A DNA stretch of 57,848 bases, the filler included, from Catajapyx aquilonaris (lineage: Eukaryota): the NCBI GenBank assembly GCA_000934665.2. It is 3 parts of 3 records of this genome, joined end to end, with 100 filler letters (N's around TTAATTAATTAA, not from the genome) between each part and the next. Parts side by side here need not be neighbours in the genome. Positions count along the whole stretch, not along the records: positions 18,063 to 39,765 come from JYFJ02006816.1; positions 39,866 to 57,848 come from KZ539598.1; 1 more part is not named here. One strand, given 5' to 3'. The position numbers and the translations under genes are program-made. Below the pieces are notes generated by a model. It did not search any database. It was not told where the DNA came from and saw nothing but the letters and a program-made list of their open reading frames with translations. Of this stretch, positions 35,168 through 48,014 are shown piece after piece. Each line of letters begins with the position of its first letter. Position 1 is the stretch's first letter.

Positions 35168-35750
35168 AAGGCCCATTCGCACAGGCTGTCCACGGTTTTG
35201 GTTTTTGGTCGCGTAGAAGTGCCGGTCGAGCTTTTTCCGCTGGTCAGTTTCACACAGGCCGTCGCGTCGCCGGTTTTGGTCTTTGCCGCTAGTGCCACTG
35301 CCGCATACGCGTAGGCAACATGGCGGATGTGGATGTCATTACAGCTGCATACATGCACGATGCACCAGCTGGTTTTACTCCGCGCCCTTCTCGTCCTTCG
35401 AAGGAAGAGGAAGCAACATGAGCTACCGTGCCATTCAAGCGCAGTTTGTACATAAATTCGCTCGGAACATGTGCAGGACGTGGTTCAGAATGCATTTGAT
35501 TAGAACTTACTTGGTCTTCCCAGGGCTTTTGCCCATCTCGTACCACGCCTTCTCCCTCTTCCCCTTGTTCCGATACGCGGCCTTACCCACCGCCTAGAGC
35601 AGGCTGCATCTCTCCACCTCGTCGATAAGGGCCTTATAACTGCATAATTTCCAAATACACATAGTTCGTCCAGGCCATGCGGAATCCAAGCGCTTCGGCA
35701 ATTAATGCCGGCAAGTGGCTCGGAACGTCACTGCCTTAATATGCGGACAC
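35168..35750 (-). mobile_element. PIF/Harbinger remnant with MADF/Myb-like fragment
   Basis: TAA-GGCCCATTCGCAC Harbinger-like end. Minus strand 35638-35511 reads YKALIDEVERCSLL*AVGKAAYRNKGKREKAWYEMG (MADF helices 1-2), followed by GTAAG. Right boundary approximate. Confidence 0.6.
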
Positions 35751-36117
35751 TGGACCACGGTCTTAGAAGGAGAGGTCGGGAAACTCCCCGCCATCTTGCG
35801 ATCCGTTACTCAATCCCGCCGTGGCGCTGACTGGAGGTGGCCATGATGTGACTGGATCGTGAACATCTCCATATTGCGGCCATCTTGGTATACGCCGTGG
35901 TGTACGCCGTGGTGTACGCTATCGGTAGTAATCGGGAGGGTTGGGTTGTACCGACAGGGTCGCTAGTTGTTATGGCGAATGAACGACACGCACAGCGAGA
36001 TTCCATTGTTTTTACTAGCGCCGCTGCGGGAAGGAATAACGGATCGGCCTTTTCTATTGCGCTGGAATAGAAGTGTCCAGGGGCTGCACTGGACCAAGAT
36101 CCAATGGGCTTCGATAA

Positions 36118-36237
36118 ATAATAGGCGTGTAGGGCGTGGGCGTGTTCCGTGTATCTGCTGAAAGATAGGCCTGTATCGGCTGAAGATAGGCCTGTATCCG
36201 CAAGGGGGGGAAGGTTAGGTTAGGTTGGAACAGCGTA
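36118..36237 (-). repeat. Dispersed repeat with (GGTTA)n, copy 2 (inverted)
   Basis: Reverse complement of 20992-21107. Confidence 0.85.
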
Positions 36238-36889
36238 CCTCACTGGAAAAAAGGTTGCAAATTATGTGTTATAGTTCCTCTGCCTTTTACAACAATAGAA
36301 AGTAGGTCTGCCTGCTGCGATGGTGCGCTGCAAACACGACCTCGCGGTATTCTGAAATTTTGGTAAGGGCATCTTTTATTATTTCCACCGGGCGTTATGT
36401 GATCTGAATATTAACATGGCATCACCTGGACATCACGTGGGCATGGCATCACCTTGGGTCACCAATGACATGCCCGTTTGTCGCACCGGAACCCGCGTTG
36501 CAGGTGGAGTAAGAAGGATATCAGTCTTGGCGCTCTCAAATCTGCCGCGCAAAGACATAAAAATACGTATGTATGATGTCGTGAGCCAATAGTGCGGGCT
36601 GGCCCAGTAGTCCGCGAGTGAATTGGCAGCCGGCCAACAATGCGCCCCCCCCNCCCCCCAGCCACCACCACCTCCGTAACAGTGAAGAATCACGATCTGG
36701 CATCGCCGCAATTCGTGACGCAAAGGAAGCCGCACTTTTCAAACGGAGCCGCCCTGGCCAAGCGGGTAGAAATATTAGGCCGATGTCATTGTCACCGTCA
36801 TCATTATCATCATAATTGTCCTGGTCATTACTAAGAGATTACTAAGTCATTACTTTGCCCCTCGTGAAACTACACCAAGCAGCTTCAAT

Positions 36890-37828
36890 TTCCTTGGACG
36901 ACACCCGTGACTGTTGGTATTGCCTTCCAGTTGCAGTAGTAGGCATTCCTACCACACATAGCACATGTTGCACTGGAACCCAGCACTAATCATCAGGATT
37001 TGGTCAATAGTAGGATCTTACTGGGCCATGTGGATGCATAAATTTCACATATACGTCACCATCAAAGTCATGTTTTCCCATTTCATCCACAACCCCAAGA
37101 TACCAATGGTGATCGTAAACACATGCAACTAAAGAGTTCACTTGCAATTGTAAGATGTTTGGTTCGTGCTTGGCTCATTTTGAAGTGAAATGTTAATGGA
37201 ATGTTTAGTAATTGTGTCCTCTTTAGGCCAATGAATGAGACTCAAATTATCATGTCCAGATACTGGAGTAATTATATAGCAATCTGAAGGAGTGTGTCAA
37301 TAGAACAGTCTTGTTGAGTGACACTTTGTGTTAATGTACCATTATCAAGGGGAAAAACCAAAATACACAGACAAATTTTTACACCTCCTGAAAGTAGACT
37401 TCAAGACCTTTCTTTTGGTGCAATTTCATTAAAATTTGAGGATACACATTTTGGGAATGAGCTGTGAAAGTTTCAAGGTCATGCCAACAAATGTTATTGA
37501 TTAATGTGTGAAGATATGATCTCAGCACAAATCTGACAGCATTTTTGGAATCGGAAGGTTTCTGTGCATAAGTACAAATATTTTCAACTTTCTACACCAA
37601 TTAGTTAACACACAATAAAATATTTTGAAAAACAAGTCGTGCCTTCACAACTCTGCCGTAGCCATTTTCACCCTCATTTCCCTGGCCACAGCTCAAGAAC
37701 TATAAGAGCTAGGAGGCTAAAATTTTCAGGATATTAGTTTCTCAGTACACAGTTTGCCCAGTTAAAATTTCAAGAAAATCTGAGATGGTGGGTGACATGG
37801 CTGGATGTACTGACATGGAATGACTCTC
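36890..37828 (-). mobile_element. DNA transposon remnant, probably Sola2-like
   Basis: Minus strand LVACVYDHHWYLG...VYVKFMHPHGPVRSYY*PNPDD*CWVP...PTTATGRQY with two stops; terminus GAGAGTCATTCCATGTCAG at 37828. The superfamily call is from memory. Confidence 0.55.
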
Positions 37829-37949
37829 TGTGAAAATAATTTTAGGGACTTCTAAGCGACGAAAATCGTCTCCAATGCATTCATAGTGCAGACTGTATAG
37901 TGTAGACACTGTAGAGCATAAGTTACGTGTACTGTCAAAAAAGAACTGA

Positions 37950-38719
37950 AATTATATCAAAAACTTTCCCTTCAGTAAAAAAAAAAGAGAAGTAAGACCT
38001 CCGCGGCGGAATGAAAGTACTGAAACAAGGCAGGCGCACGTAAGACCTTCACCAATTGATTTAAGCTGTACCATAGGTCTTACTCAAGCAATTCTCAAGT
38101 ACGGTACGGAACGGCTCGTAAAATGACTGCTGCAAACTACTCAGAGCAGTATACGTAGGATTTTATTATGAAAAGAAAAAAATGGGGGAAAAACTAAACC
38201 CATCCTAACAGACTTGGTCCAATCGAAAAAGACCCTCTAAAATTCACCAATTAACCTTTATATGTGAAAAATTAAACATTAGGGTTAAAATCAGCATCTA
38301 AAAGGGGTGCGCCGATTCTGCATGAATGTTTCATGGCAATAATTCTCAATAATCGCATAGAAATTCAATGTGCTTAATATTGAAGTTCCTAATTTCATAA
38401 AACACTAATATGGAGTGGCTCATGGAAAACTAATACTGCCAATAAGAGCTAAGATATACTGCTAACTTCGCAGTACCATTGCACTACACTGGTACTGCTA
38501 AGTTAGAAGTAACTAGTAGTACGACAAAAATTCCAAAGATTTGTTTCAGAAAGGAGACTTCATGAGCAGTGAATTGGAAATTGCTTGAGTAAGACCTATG
38601 GTACATCTTAAATCAATTGGTGAAGGTCTTACGTGCGCCTGCCTTGTTTCAGTACTTTCATTCCGCCGCGGAGGTCTTACTTCTCTTTTTTTACTGAAGG
38701 GAAAGTTTTTGATATAATT
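37950..38719. mobile_element. MITE with about 145-bp near-perfect inverted arms
   Basis: 37950-38093 is inverted at 38579-38719; GTAAGACCT motif repeated within the arms; no TSD identified. Confidence 0.8.
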
Positions 38720-39338
38720 CAAGTAGGGATGATCACTGGTGAGAGTACGACACATGTAAGACTCCTTTGGTAGCCCACACCTCCCTCCTCGAGCAAACCC
38801 ATGCCTCCCACGTCCCACCCCACAATAAACACAAATTGATTTGTCAGTTCGGCCCCGTTTTGACCCTTCATGTGGCGGATTTTTATGATTTTCTGGGTTT
38901 TCGATGACACAGCGATGCTAAAACATTGTACCAAAGCGTTTTGAAAGATATTGATTTTTGCCGATTTTTGGGGGAGTGATAATTTCGTTACAGACTCTTC
39001 TTCTTTTGGCTTTTTCTCTGGAACTAATCAAGACACAGAAGTGAATTTGGTGTCATTGTACTCAGAAATACTGGTAGAAGCGTACGCCATGGTAAAATGT
39101 GACATTTAAATTTTGTTTCTTAAAAATGTTTAAATTTTAAAATCGAAACATTAAATATTTTTAAGTGATACCCCTTAATTTTTCGCTGGTTTAGAGTTAT
39201 GTTGTAGCCCTATATGTGGTCTACATGTGTGCACAACAGTCGTGTTGGCTAGTCTCATATTACGGGAGATTACAGAGATTTGTCGGAAGGTGGCCCGCTT
39301 GACGTGGAATGCCTCATATATCTTCTTCTTCTATCTAA

Positions 39339-39765
39339 TCTAATATATATAAAGCCCCACGCCGAGGAGGATATAGGATATAGGATGGAAAAGATTTCGC
39401 ACTTCCCGAGGTCGTAGAGCTGTGGTCGAAATTCCGTTGGATTCCTTGCAGTCGACATACATTGTCCAAAAATCCTCAAAATGCCAAAATTCCCAGCCGT
39501 TTTCGAGATGGCAAAAATTCGATTTTTGCCCACTCCACCTGGAACATCTGTTTGTCGTTAAGCCGGGAAAGAACAATGGCCCATTCACCCTCATCTCCGG
39601 AGACCTCTCAGCTCACATATGGTTACACCCCCTCCCCCTGGCCCCCACCCCACTTCCTTTTTTCAGCATATACGTCAGATAGGGCGCATTCTCATACCGT
39701 CATACCTTTGTGGACCGTGACGTCACGGGTTCTGTAAACGGATGGATTAGGCGGAACACGGGCAC
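39339..39765 (+). mobile_element. Possible non-autonomous Helitron, truncated at the contig end
   Basis: Begins A|TCTAATATATATAAAG; ends GCGGAACACGGGCAC, resembling the subterminal 3' motif; the terminal CTAG is not visible. Confidence 0.35.
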
Positions 39766-39865
39766 NNNNNNNNNNNNNNNNNNNNNNNNNNNNNNNNNNN
39801 NNNNNNNNNTTAATTAATTAANNNNNNNNNNNNNNNNNNNNNNNNNNNNNNNNNNNNNNNNNNNN
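39766..39865. other. Artificial contig-joining spacer
   Basis: 44 N + TTAATTAATTAA + 44 N, identical to the first spacer. Confidence 0.93.
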
Positions 39866-39960
39866 ACATGGTGTCACCCTACATGAAATTATGTTCAATA
39901 TTATGTGTTATGAACATGTTCATAGGTCTCCTCGTAATGAAGCAATAACTCCTACGAAGT

Positions 39961-40029
39961 GGGAGTGTATCTCAGTGGTAGAGCGTTCGCTTTGCGTGTG
40001 AAAGGTCCCGGGTTCGATCCCCGGCACCA
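39961..40029 (+). pseudogene. tRNA-Ala(TGC)-like pseudogene
   Basis: GGGAGTGTATCTCAGTGGTAGAGCGTTCGCTT-TGC-GTGTGAAAGGTCCCGGGTTCGATCCCCGGCACCA then T6. A/B boxes intact; 3' acceptor strand incomplete; D-stem mismatch. Confidence 0.75.
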
Positions 40030-40169
40030 TTTTTTAGCCCCTTGGGATTGGAAGCACGACACGAGAGGGAAAAGCTCCCGAAGTTAGAGGCATATTTGTT
40101 TATTGTCTGGGAGCACCAGGGAGTACCACTGCAGGTGTACACCGGAGTACCGAAGTGAGTACCCCCTTG

Positions 40170-40275
40170 GCCAGGACAAACGAATATGCAGAGTGAGGAA
40201 CAGTGGTCATGTTATTTTTTATCAGGAAGTCCCTGACTACGCGTGAGGTGTGTGCAGGCGGCATTGTCATGGTGC
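40170..40275 (-). mobile_element. Mariner transposase fragment
   Basis: Minus strand WLLHHDNA(frameshift)PAHTSRVVRDFLIKNNMTTVPHSAYS, matching mariner HDNAxPH...HPPYSPD. Confidence 0.75.
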
Positions 40276-40721
40276 AGCAACCAGTCTATATGTTCTTCCA
40301 CATCTCCGTCAAAGTTCAGAACAGTCCGGTAGGGTCGCCACATAATAGAGCAGTGAAAGCTGTCTCATGGCGTTCTCAAGGGAGCACCACCTCATACAAA
40401 ACGCCCCGGCAGGCGATAAGAGGGAGTGACCAGACCTGAGTATTCTAAGACCATGGCTAACACCTTCGACATTCTACTAGGTACTGCGCTCTTCCTCAGT
40501 TTCACGTCACAGCTCCTTCTGTCCGTCTGGAGAACCATCTTGGAAGAGTGGCAAAAGGAGCGGAGAATGACCATCATCACCAGGAGGATCAACAGAAACT
40601 ATACATTCAATGCCACGATGCAGATTAACTTCGTGATCACTTTTTGTATATGAATACACGTGGTGTGCCAATTTCTTGACCACAGTGAAAGACAATGACG
40701 ATGACGATGTGATGATTAGAG

Positions 40722-40723
<2 letters not shown>

Positions 40724-40756
<33 letters not shown>

Positions 40757-40767
40757 AAGAGAGAGAG
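40724..40767. repeat. (GA)n microsatellite
   Basis: Imperfect AG run. Confidence 0.9.
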
Positions 40768-41306
40768 GTAGCGGAGCTGGGCGCTTATTGGGGAGAAATT
40801 TTTTTTGGAAATTTTTAAGACACCTGCTTAATGGGAGGGGGCGGTCACTTTTTTCGAAGAAAAAAGTCAAAAATATAAAAATTCAATTCAATGATCAAGT
40901 GGCTTCGCTTGTGTTGTCCATCCCGCCAGCCCCCACCCTACGCGCACCCATAGTCCCTACATTTGTCTTATACCAGGGAGTTCCATTCTCAAACCTATCA
41001 CCCCTCCAAATATTTAACCCTACAATTTAAACTGTAGGTCCTATTATATCACCAGCACATGCAAATGATTCGGCGCAATTTTTAGGTCAGGTTAATATAA
41101 TTAATTAATATATACCTATAATTTCAAAAAAAAAAAAAAATCTCTCCCCTCCCCCCTCTTCCTCCCCCTCTCTTTAATATCATTATCATGTTCTCGCAGA
41201 AGATTCAATCCATCACCTGCCCCCTACCTCGCACAATTCAATTATTCCAAAGAATCCATAGTCTCAATAAGATTTAATTTTAAAAAAGAGTATGTTATAG
41301 CATGTG

Positions 41307-42072
41307 CAGCGGCGGATTTCCCATTAGGCACAATAGGCACTGACCTATAGGGGCGGCCGCGAGTTGCAATAAATAATATTTCTCAAATACAATCATAGGA
41401 CTGATGGCGAGATCACAAAGAAATGCAAATTGTTGAGAGCTTGATTTACCACTACATGCAGAAAAGGTAATTGCCGAAGGGCGGCCGCCCTCCGAGCGGC
41501 CATAACTTTCAATATAATATTTTTAAAATAAAATAACATTAAATCTCAAACTGTGGGGCGCGAATCCAAAAATTATGTGACTCGAAACAGAAAAAAAAGT
41601 CGCACTGATTAGGTAAGAACTACTTCTCAGGGCTTACTGCAGCGTACAGTTCTACACAATTTGTGCAGTTCTAAAAGTCAAATGTGCAGTTCTGAATAAT
41701 GATTTGTACAGTCAGATAATAGCAGACAAGTCTGTTATATCCGGATTCAACTGTGCTTGGACATTGGCACTGCTGGAAATATGAAGGGACCGATGTTTCT
41801 ACTTGCTTATATCCGATGTGCTTAGGAGGATTCCACTGTACTTTGTCAGTTATTACATTCACGTAAGATTGTGTGACCTTGAACAAAAAGAAATTCGCCT
41901 GCGGCGGGCTTATTCAGTTTGGGGGGGGGGGGNNNNNNNNNNNNNNNNNNNNNNNNNNNNNNNNNNNNNNNNNNNNNNNNNNNNNNNNNNNNNNNNNNNN
42001 GGGGGGGGGGGGGGGGGGGGGGGGGCGTATCTCAAGTGCCTAAGGGCGGCCGGAGGGGTAAATCCGGCGCTG
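41307..42072. mobile_element. Non-autonomous hAT element
   Basis: TIRs CAGCGGCGGATTT / AAATCCGGCGCTG with a perfect 8-bp TSD AGCATGTG (41299-41306 / 42073-42080); spans the N gap 41933-42000. Confidence 0.88.
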
Positions 42073-45000
42073 AGCATGTGACATGTGACTGCCCAACAAC
42101 AATTAGACTGCTGTTTCACGACGGCATCGTCTGGTTTGCGAGGTCAGCTCATCGGTTGTTCCTGTGAGGATGAACCCATGAACCTACAGTATATCCAGAG
42201 TTAGCCATCTGTTGAAACACTTTAAAACGCTTTAAAACTTATTGCGGCCCCGTCCCTTCTAAAATGGTGTGTTTAAAAACGAAAAATCTCCTCTTCCCCC
42301 CTACTGAAGACGTGAAACAAATGACGATCTGACTGTGAGAAACGTCATTTTCCCGGAGACCTATCATGCGCAGCTAGTTCCCTTTTCTTTCATAACCTAG
42401 CAGTGCCATCAACCTACCTACACGCGGGGTCAATTAGCTTTCTTAGTCATAAGAGAAAGACGTGGGAATCATTCTCTGCCACTCTACAGGAAAGGTCAAA
42501 AGAAACTCAGTTGTATTGTTGATTCCTAGGATGGGTTTGTATTTCACTGCATGAAGTTGCTTCAAATTTTAATTATAATTTTTTTTGCAATTTTAATACA
42601 GTACTTCCAGTATGAATAAATTATAGAAAGGTTTCAGCTTCTAATCTATAGTTATCTCCATTTCTGAATGTGTAACTTCTTCCATATATTGTGCTATACT
42701 GTATAGGCTACACCATGATTATCATGATTTTACTGTGTTAATCAGGTGCTTTGGTCTATACGCAGCTGAAATGCCTCCCTTTATGGACTTCCACTATTAT
42801 TTTACAAATCAACGATAGACTCATTGGGCGTTCATTACGTCTGTTACACTTTGAGCTGAAAAACAAAGCAATAAATCCCTTGGAGGGGGGAAAAAAGCAC
42901 CGCCTGACCCCACCACCACCATGCACGAGCACAACAAAATCCTCAGCCCTAGGCAGCTGCCTACATGATCCTTGCCAGGATTTCACTTCGGAGGGAGGTG
43001 AGATGAAGCGGATTAGTCCAAATTTCCCTTCCACCCCCCCTCAATTATTATTATTAGAAAAATATACACTCCATAACAAAAATGGTAACTGCGACAGATA
43101 AGAGTTGACGATTGTATTTGCACCAAGTTTTAACCACACGGCCTGATTCGACACACACTGCATATCAGTCAGTGGCAGAAACTTTGTCCGTGATTGGCTG
43201 ACTAATCCGTTTTAATACTGTCAAGAGCCATCCAGTGACAGGTGGAATCCGATCCGTCAAGTCGATCGGAAAGGACTTGACAAGATGGGCCTGTTACACG
43301 AAGCAAACGCCGTGTGACTTGACGCCCGGCACCCTGGGACTTGGCACCTTTTGATAGTGCAGGGGGATGCTGAGCGAGGTGACCTCCCATGAGGTGTCTC
43401 TGGAGGGGGTTGAAGGCTGACGTGATCCATGCTGACTTGGAACAAGAGGTGCCGATGCTCATTTGTCAGGTAGGACGCACGGGGGGCGCACGTGGCTCCA
43501 TCTCTACTTCCTTTTTTGCCCTTTCAATACCGAGGCCTCCTCACCTATCCTGTCACGGCCTGTGTCGTTCCCGTGGCGGGAATGGATGACACCCTCATTT
43601 GTTGGCCCGTGATGGAGATCTCAAATGAGGCGCGGATGGGGGGTCCACAGGCTGACCTGGCCCCTACTGAAAAATAAGGGAGACACGGAGCCCCCGTCAT
43701 GATGTGGATAGGGAGGAAGAAGCAGCCATTTGAAAGATGGCCTCCAACATCTCCTGCTGTCAATTCCTCCACCTCCCAACGTGCTGCTTGCTCCCCAGGA
43801 CTGGTGTTCCGCTCGGATGGAAAAGACGACGTCTCCTGTGGGTGTCAGATTTCGCTTTCCGTCACTTCCATCACCTGCCTGCCACGTCCTTGTGACAGCA
43901 CATGTGCCACTCACATGCGTCAGCGCTCGACAGTCCTTGCTCGGTCCGATTCAGCTTGCACGAGGTGTGGGATCAAGGGTATATCTGAACCAGCTATTTC
44001 TGGGAGGATTTGGAGGAAGTCGACGATTTCAGAACAGGTCTGGCACACTCACACTTACAACACCTACACACCTACAACACCGTTAACTTAAAAAAAATAC
44101 TGTCGGTAATAAGTGTGCCATAACATCAGAAAGTGGTCTGAGAACTCGATGAAATGATTATTCATCCATTAATAGTGCCTTGTCTACTGCACTTCAAAAT
44201 ACTGGCGTCACTGGAAACTTGCCAGGGTACCTGTTACGCCTCAAGATTAACACTTTACTGCCAGTTATAGGCGTTGGCAATATATTGATACAATATGAGT
44301 AGCAGGGTACAAGATGTCAGCTTCGGATGCACACTTGTTACGATAAAGAACAAAAAAAATTACAGACCAAGGGAGGTCTTCTATAAATACACTAAAAGTG
44401 CTGTCTAAATTGTATACTGTTTCCCAGACACAACATAAGTGAATAAAGTAGGGCCTGTAAGTGCTGGTGTTGTACCGTCAACGTGTCAACACCTCAAATC
44501 TTGGCTGCCGTCTTTGTTCTAGAAGCAGCTCTTTTATTCGGTAAGTATCATGCAACAAGGACACTTGGCAGATAGCGTCATCTTGCCTTCTGAGCTCCTT
44601 TGGAGTAAAAATGACATGACGCAAATACAGCAGGTTACAGTTACGTCAAGAAATGATCAACAGTGACGGAGAAGCTGCAACTTTTCTGCCGCACTTTATC
44701 CTAAGGATATTACTAACCCGTACACAAAAAACTCGATTTCACGAAACACGTCATATGCGACGTCAACATTATGTAATTATTCCAAACTCCCCACGTGGTC
44801 ATGCGCAACAAGCCGCATGTCACATTGTATTTTACTACCATTAGTTTAATAGCAAATCCTCCCATTATTGTTCAATCAATAATGTCCGGTAGTTCACATC
44901 TTGTCCAGTCAAAATTTTCAACAAAAGTAGTTCATTGTTTATGCACACCGCGACCACTAAATATTATTAGTTTTTTAGTAAAGTGTGTCAGGCCATCCAG

Positions 45001-45976
45001 TAAACGAAAAAAGTCCAACCCTGCATTATTTAGGAAGTGGGGGCAGTCTACGGCATCTATTTCAATATTTACACCGTTGAAAGTACTAAAGCGGAATTAC
45101 AGCCTGCAGAATTAGTCGTCCCCTAATCTTTTTCCCCCCTCTCGAAGTACCTCTTTGTAATATTAATTCAGTTAATCCCACACGATTATTGCCATAGCAA
45201 ACGATAGACGCTGTGACAAAAATAGTTGGTAGCGACACAGTACATTCTACACAAAAATGAAATTCTTGCACTAAAACCGGAACATGCCATTATGGCAACA
45301 TTGGCCGAAATCACGCCCATAGGACAAGAATGAAACCGTAGCAATATTGTAGCAACCTCCAAATGAAGCAAACACTTGCCATGAAAACAAACAGCTCCTA
45401 GCATACACAAGCAAACCTACCCAAATCCCCCCTCCCATCTTTAGGACAGTGGTATATAAGTGCTGTAGAAGGGATGGAAGTGGCCCTGTTTAGGTCTGGT
45501 CTGATTTGTAAAATAAAGGGGGGCGCCAGTATGCAACAGGCGGACCACAAGATTATTTTCACAGCACAACGGGTGAAGAGTAGGGCAATAATTCGGCATT
45601 TAGATGGAAGTAAACTCCGGTTTTACGAGCCAACTCTGTTCAGGATGGGGAAGCACAGGGGTGGGCTTCTTTTGAGGTCTCTCCTGCCATCTACCGGCCA
45701 GTGGGTGAAAGAGACACAGCTATATAGGCCCTGGCTTTATTATGGGGAGGGTGTTTGTTGTACATAAGTTATTGGCGCCTGGGTTGCACAACAGGTCCCC
45801 GTGTCAAATGATTCATTTGGTTTGGTCGGGTACACGTGCTTGCATTGTACACTGGGGTGGTTGTATTGATAGGACTTGTCCGGATTCCGAATCAACTGCG
45901 GTTTAATTATGGCCTGGAACGAGTGATGTGTACTGTAACAGAGGGTATTTTTAGAGCTTCGGAATAGTTTAACTGT

Positions 45977-46085
45977 ACAGTTTGATTACGTACATACTGT
46001 ACAATGTAATAATTTTTGTGTGCTCTGTATTATGCAGAGCACACAAAAATCATTACATTGTACAGTATGTACGTAATCAAACTGT
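45977..46085. repeat. Near-perfect palindrome, 54-bp arms
   Basis: ACAGTTTGATTACGTACATACTGTACAATG...CATTGTACAGTATGTACGTAATCAAACTGT, two mismatches, 1-nt centre. Confidence 0.88.
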
Positions 46086-47542
46086 GTATTGCGGTTCGTA
46101 CGTATATACATATATACACAGACGAACCTATAAACGTACCAATCTCTGAAAACCTCATGAATTTCTAATGTCACTAACAGAACAGTTGTTCTTTCTCTAA
46201 CAATAAACACCAGTCCATCACAACATTACGACATAAGTCTCCAGAATTCCTTCACTTCTTTTAATATTTTTGGCACCTTCATCACTCGGGTCATTTTTGA
46301 TGTCGGAATACACTTGGCACAAACAGGATGAAGGCAATGGCGCCTCCCAAGACAACCCAAATCCTACTCCAAAAAAAAGCTCGACTGGAACAATGCGAAT
46401 AAATTTTGTCCGTTGAATCTGCTGGCATATAGTTTGAGATCCCGGTGGTAGGAGAGACGGCAAGATATTTCTGTCTTGCAGGAATTCGATTAGTGTAATG
46501 AAGGCCAGGAGGATTACCTTCAGGAGATGAAAGATTAGGCGAGTGGGCTAGATGGCGCCCTCTGGAAATGTTCGTAGAATCTCTTTGCTCTCTCTCCTTA
46601 TATTCTCCTGCTCTCATCTCAGCAAAAAGGAAAACCCAGCAGCAAGTCTATAGAGTTAGTTAGTTAGTTCTCTCTCTCTACCCCTTCTCCCAGATGCAGC
46701 CGACTTGGCCCCTAGGGTCTAATTACAATTGCACGAGGGAATTAAGGCGGAAAGGAGCCGGGCTTACAACTGTGTCCGAAGATAGTTCTAACCCGGATTA
46801 TTCCCGGGTCACATCCTGAAGGGGGGAGAAAAAAACATGGTGAATTCTAAGGGTATATAAACACAGGTTTTTTGGAGGAAAGGGAGCAGATGGATCCAGG
46901 CTTGTTTGGCCTCTCTTAATCTTGGCGATTTGGGGCTTTTCCACGCCCTAGAATCGATTGGCCAGAGATGAATGTGGCAGCACCAAGTTTCCGGGTCACC
47001 GCTCCGCCATGTTGTCGAAAACTAATCTTTCCTTGTTATTTCTCCTCGGGTTCTCACTTTCCTCGAAGCTGGGAATCGATACCATCCACCTCCCCCACAA
47101 AGCAGGCAAGCCTTCTCATTTTAAACACAAGGCAAGAACCCCATCTCTTCAGACAGAAAAAAAACGTGAATTTCAGAAGAAGAAGAAAAAAAAAAAAATC
47201 TTGAATTAAGCTGAACCTCCTCTCCTTCATTTTGATAATCCAGCACATTAATTTTTGAGATCATGCCCAACTCCCTCCAAATTACGTGGGCTAAAATGTT
47301 TGTGACAAGGGAGAAGGGGGGTGGAGCCCTCTCTCCTAGGATCGATTAACTTTCATATCAGAGAATTTCACGCGCCACTGATTGATTTTCTTGCAGGGAG
47401 AAGGAAACGATTCTCGGAACTAGAGTTGACAGAAAAATATGACGAAGGGGTTTCCCATTTGCTTATTATTGTGGCTGAGAGAAATGTGTTTGCTGTCTGG
47501 TTCTGAAAGTGTCAGTGGGCAATGGACAGGTGACCATTGCCC

Positions 47543-47624
47543 ACAATCAGAAAATTGTCTGAAATCGACACCTCCAAATGGTGGAAGTGTGGAGGTGTCG
47601 ATTTTCAGACAATTTTCTGATTGT
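47543..47624. repeat. 82-nt stem-loop (about 34-bp arms, 13-nt loop)
   Basis: ACAATCAGAAAATTGTCTGAAATCGACACCTCCA / TGGAGGTGTCGATTTTCAGACAATTTTCTGATTGT with one bulge. Confidence 0.85.
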
Positions 47625-48014
47625 CTCCAATCCCCCCCCCCCCTTCCTTTTGACAGTGACGATTAGGGAAATGCCTGGAAGGGAGTTCCTTAAAAATAAT
47701 TGTGATAATCCTACATCGTTAGCTGGCTGGGTGATAAGTGTGGCAAGGTGATTAAGGAAATGAAACGTGGCGTCTTTCCCCTAATGGGTGGGCTCAGTGG
47801 CAGGAAATGTGCCAGGAATGATAGAGATATGATTTGCTGACGCTGCTAGCTTGCTAGGGATGGAAAGTCTCCCTACCAGAAACTTTGATCAATCAGTTTA
47901 ATTACCCGCATTTCGATTAACTCGGGGGAAGGATGGGGGGGAGAAAGCGAGAGATTATTAAAATAAGTAACAAATACCATCAGGGGACGTCACTGCATCA
48001 ATATTATGTACTAA

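Noticed and set aside
43200..44090. GC-richer block with overlapping ORFs, possibly a decayed gag
   Set aside because: No clear zinc knuckle, protease or RT motif could be read.
46494..46769. TG...CA bounded segment as a solo LTR
   Set aside because: Flanks show no target-site duplication and there is no second copy in the window.
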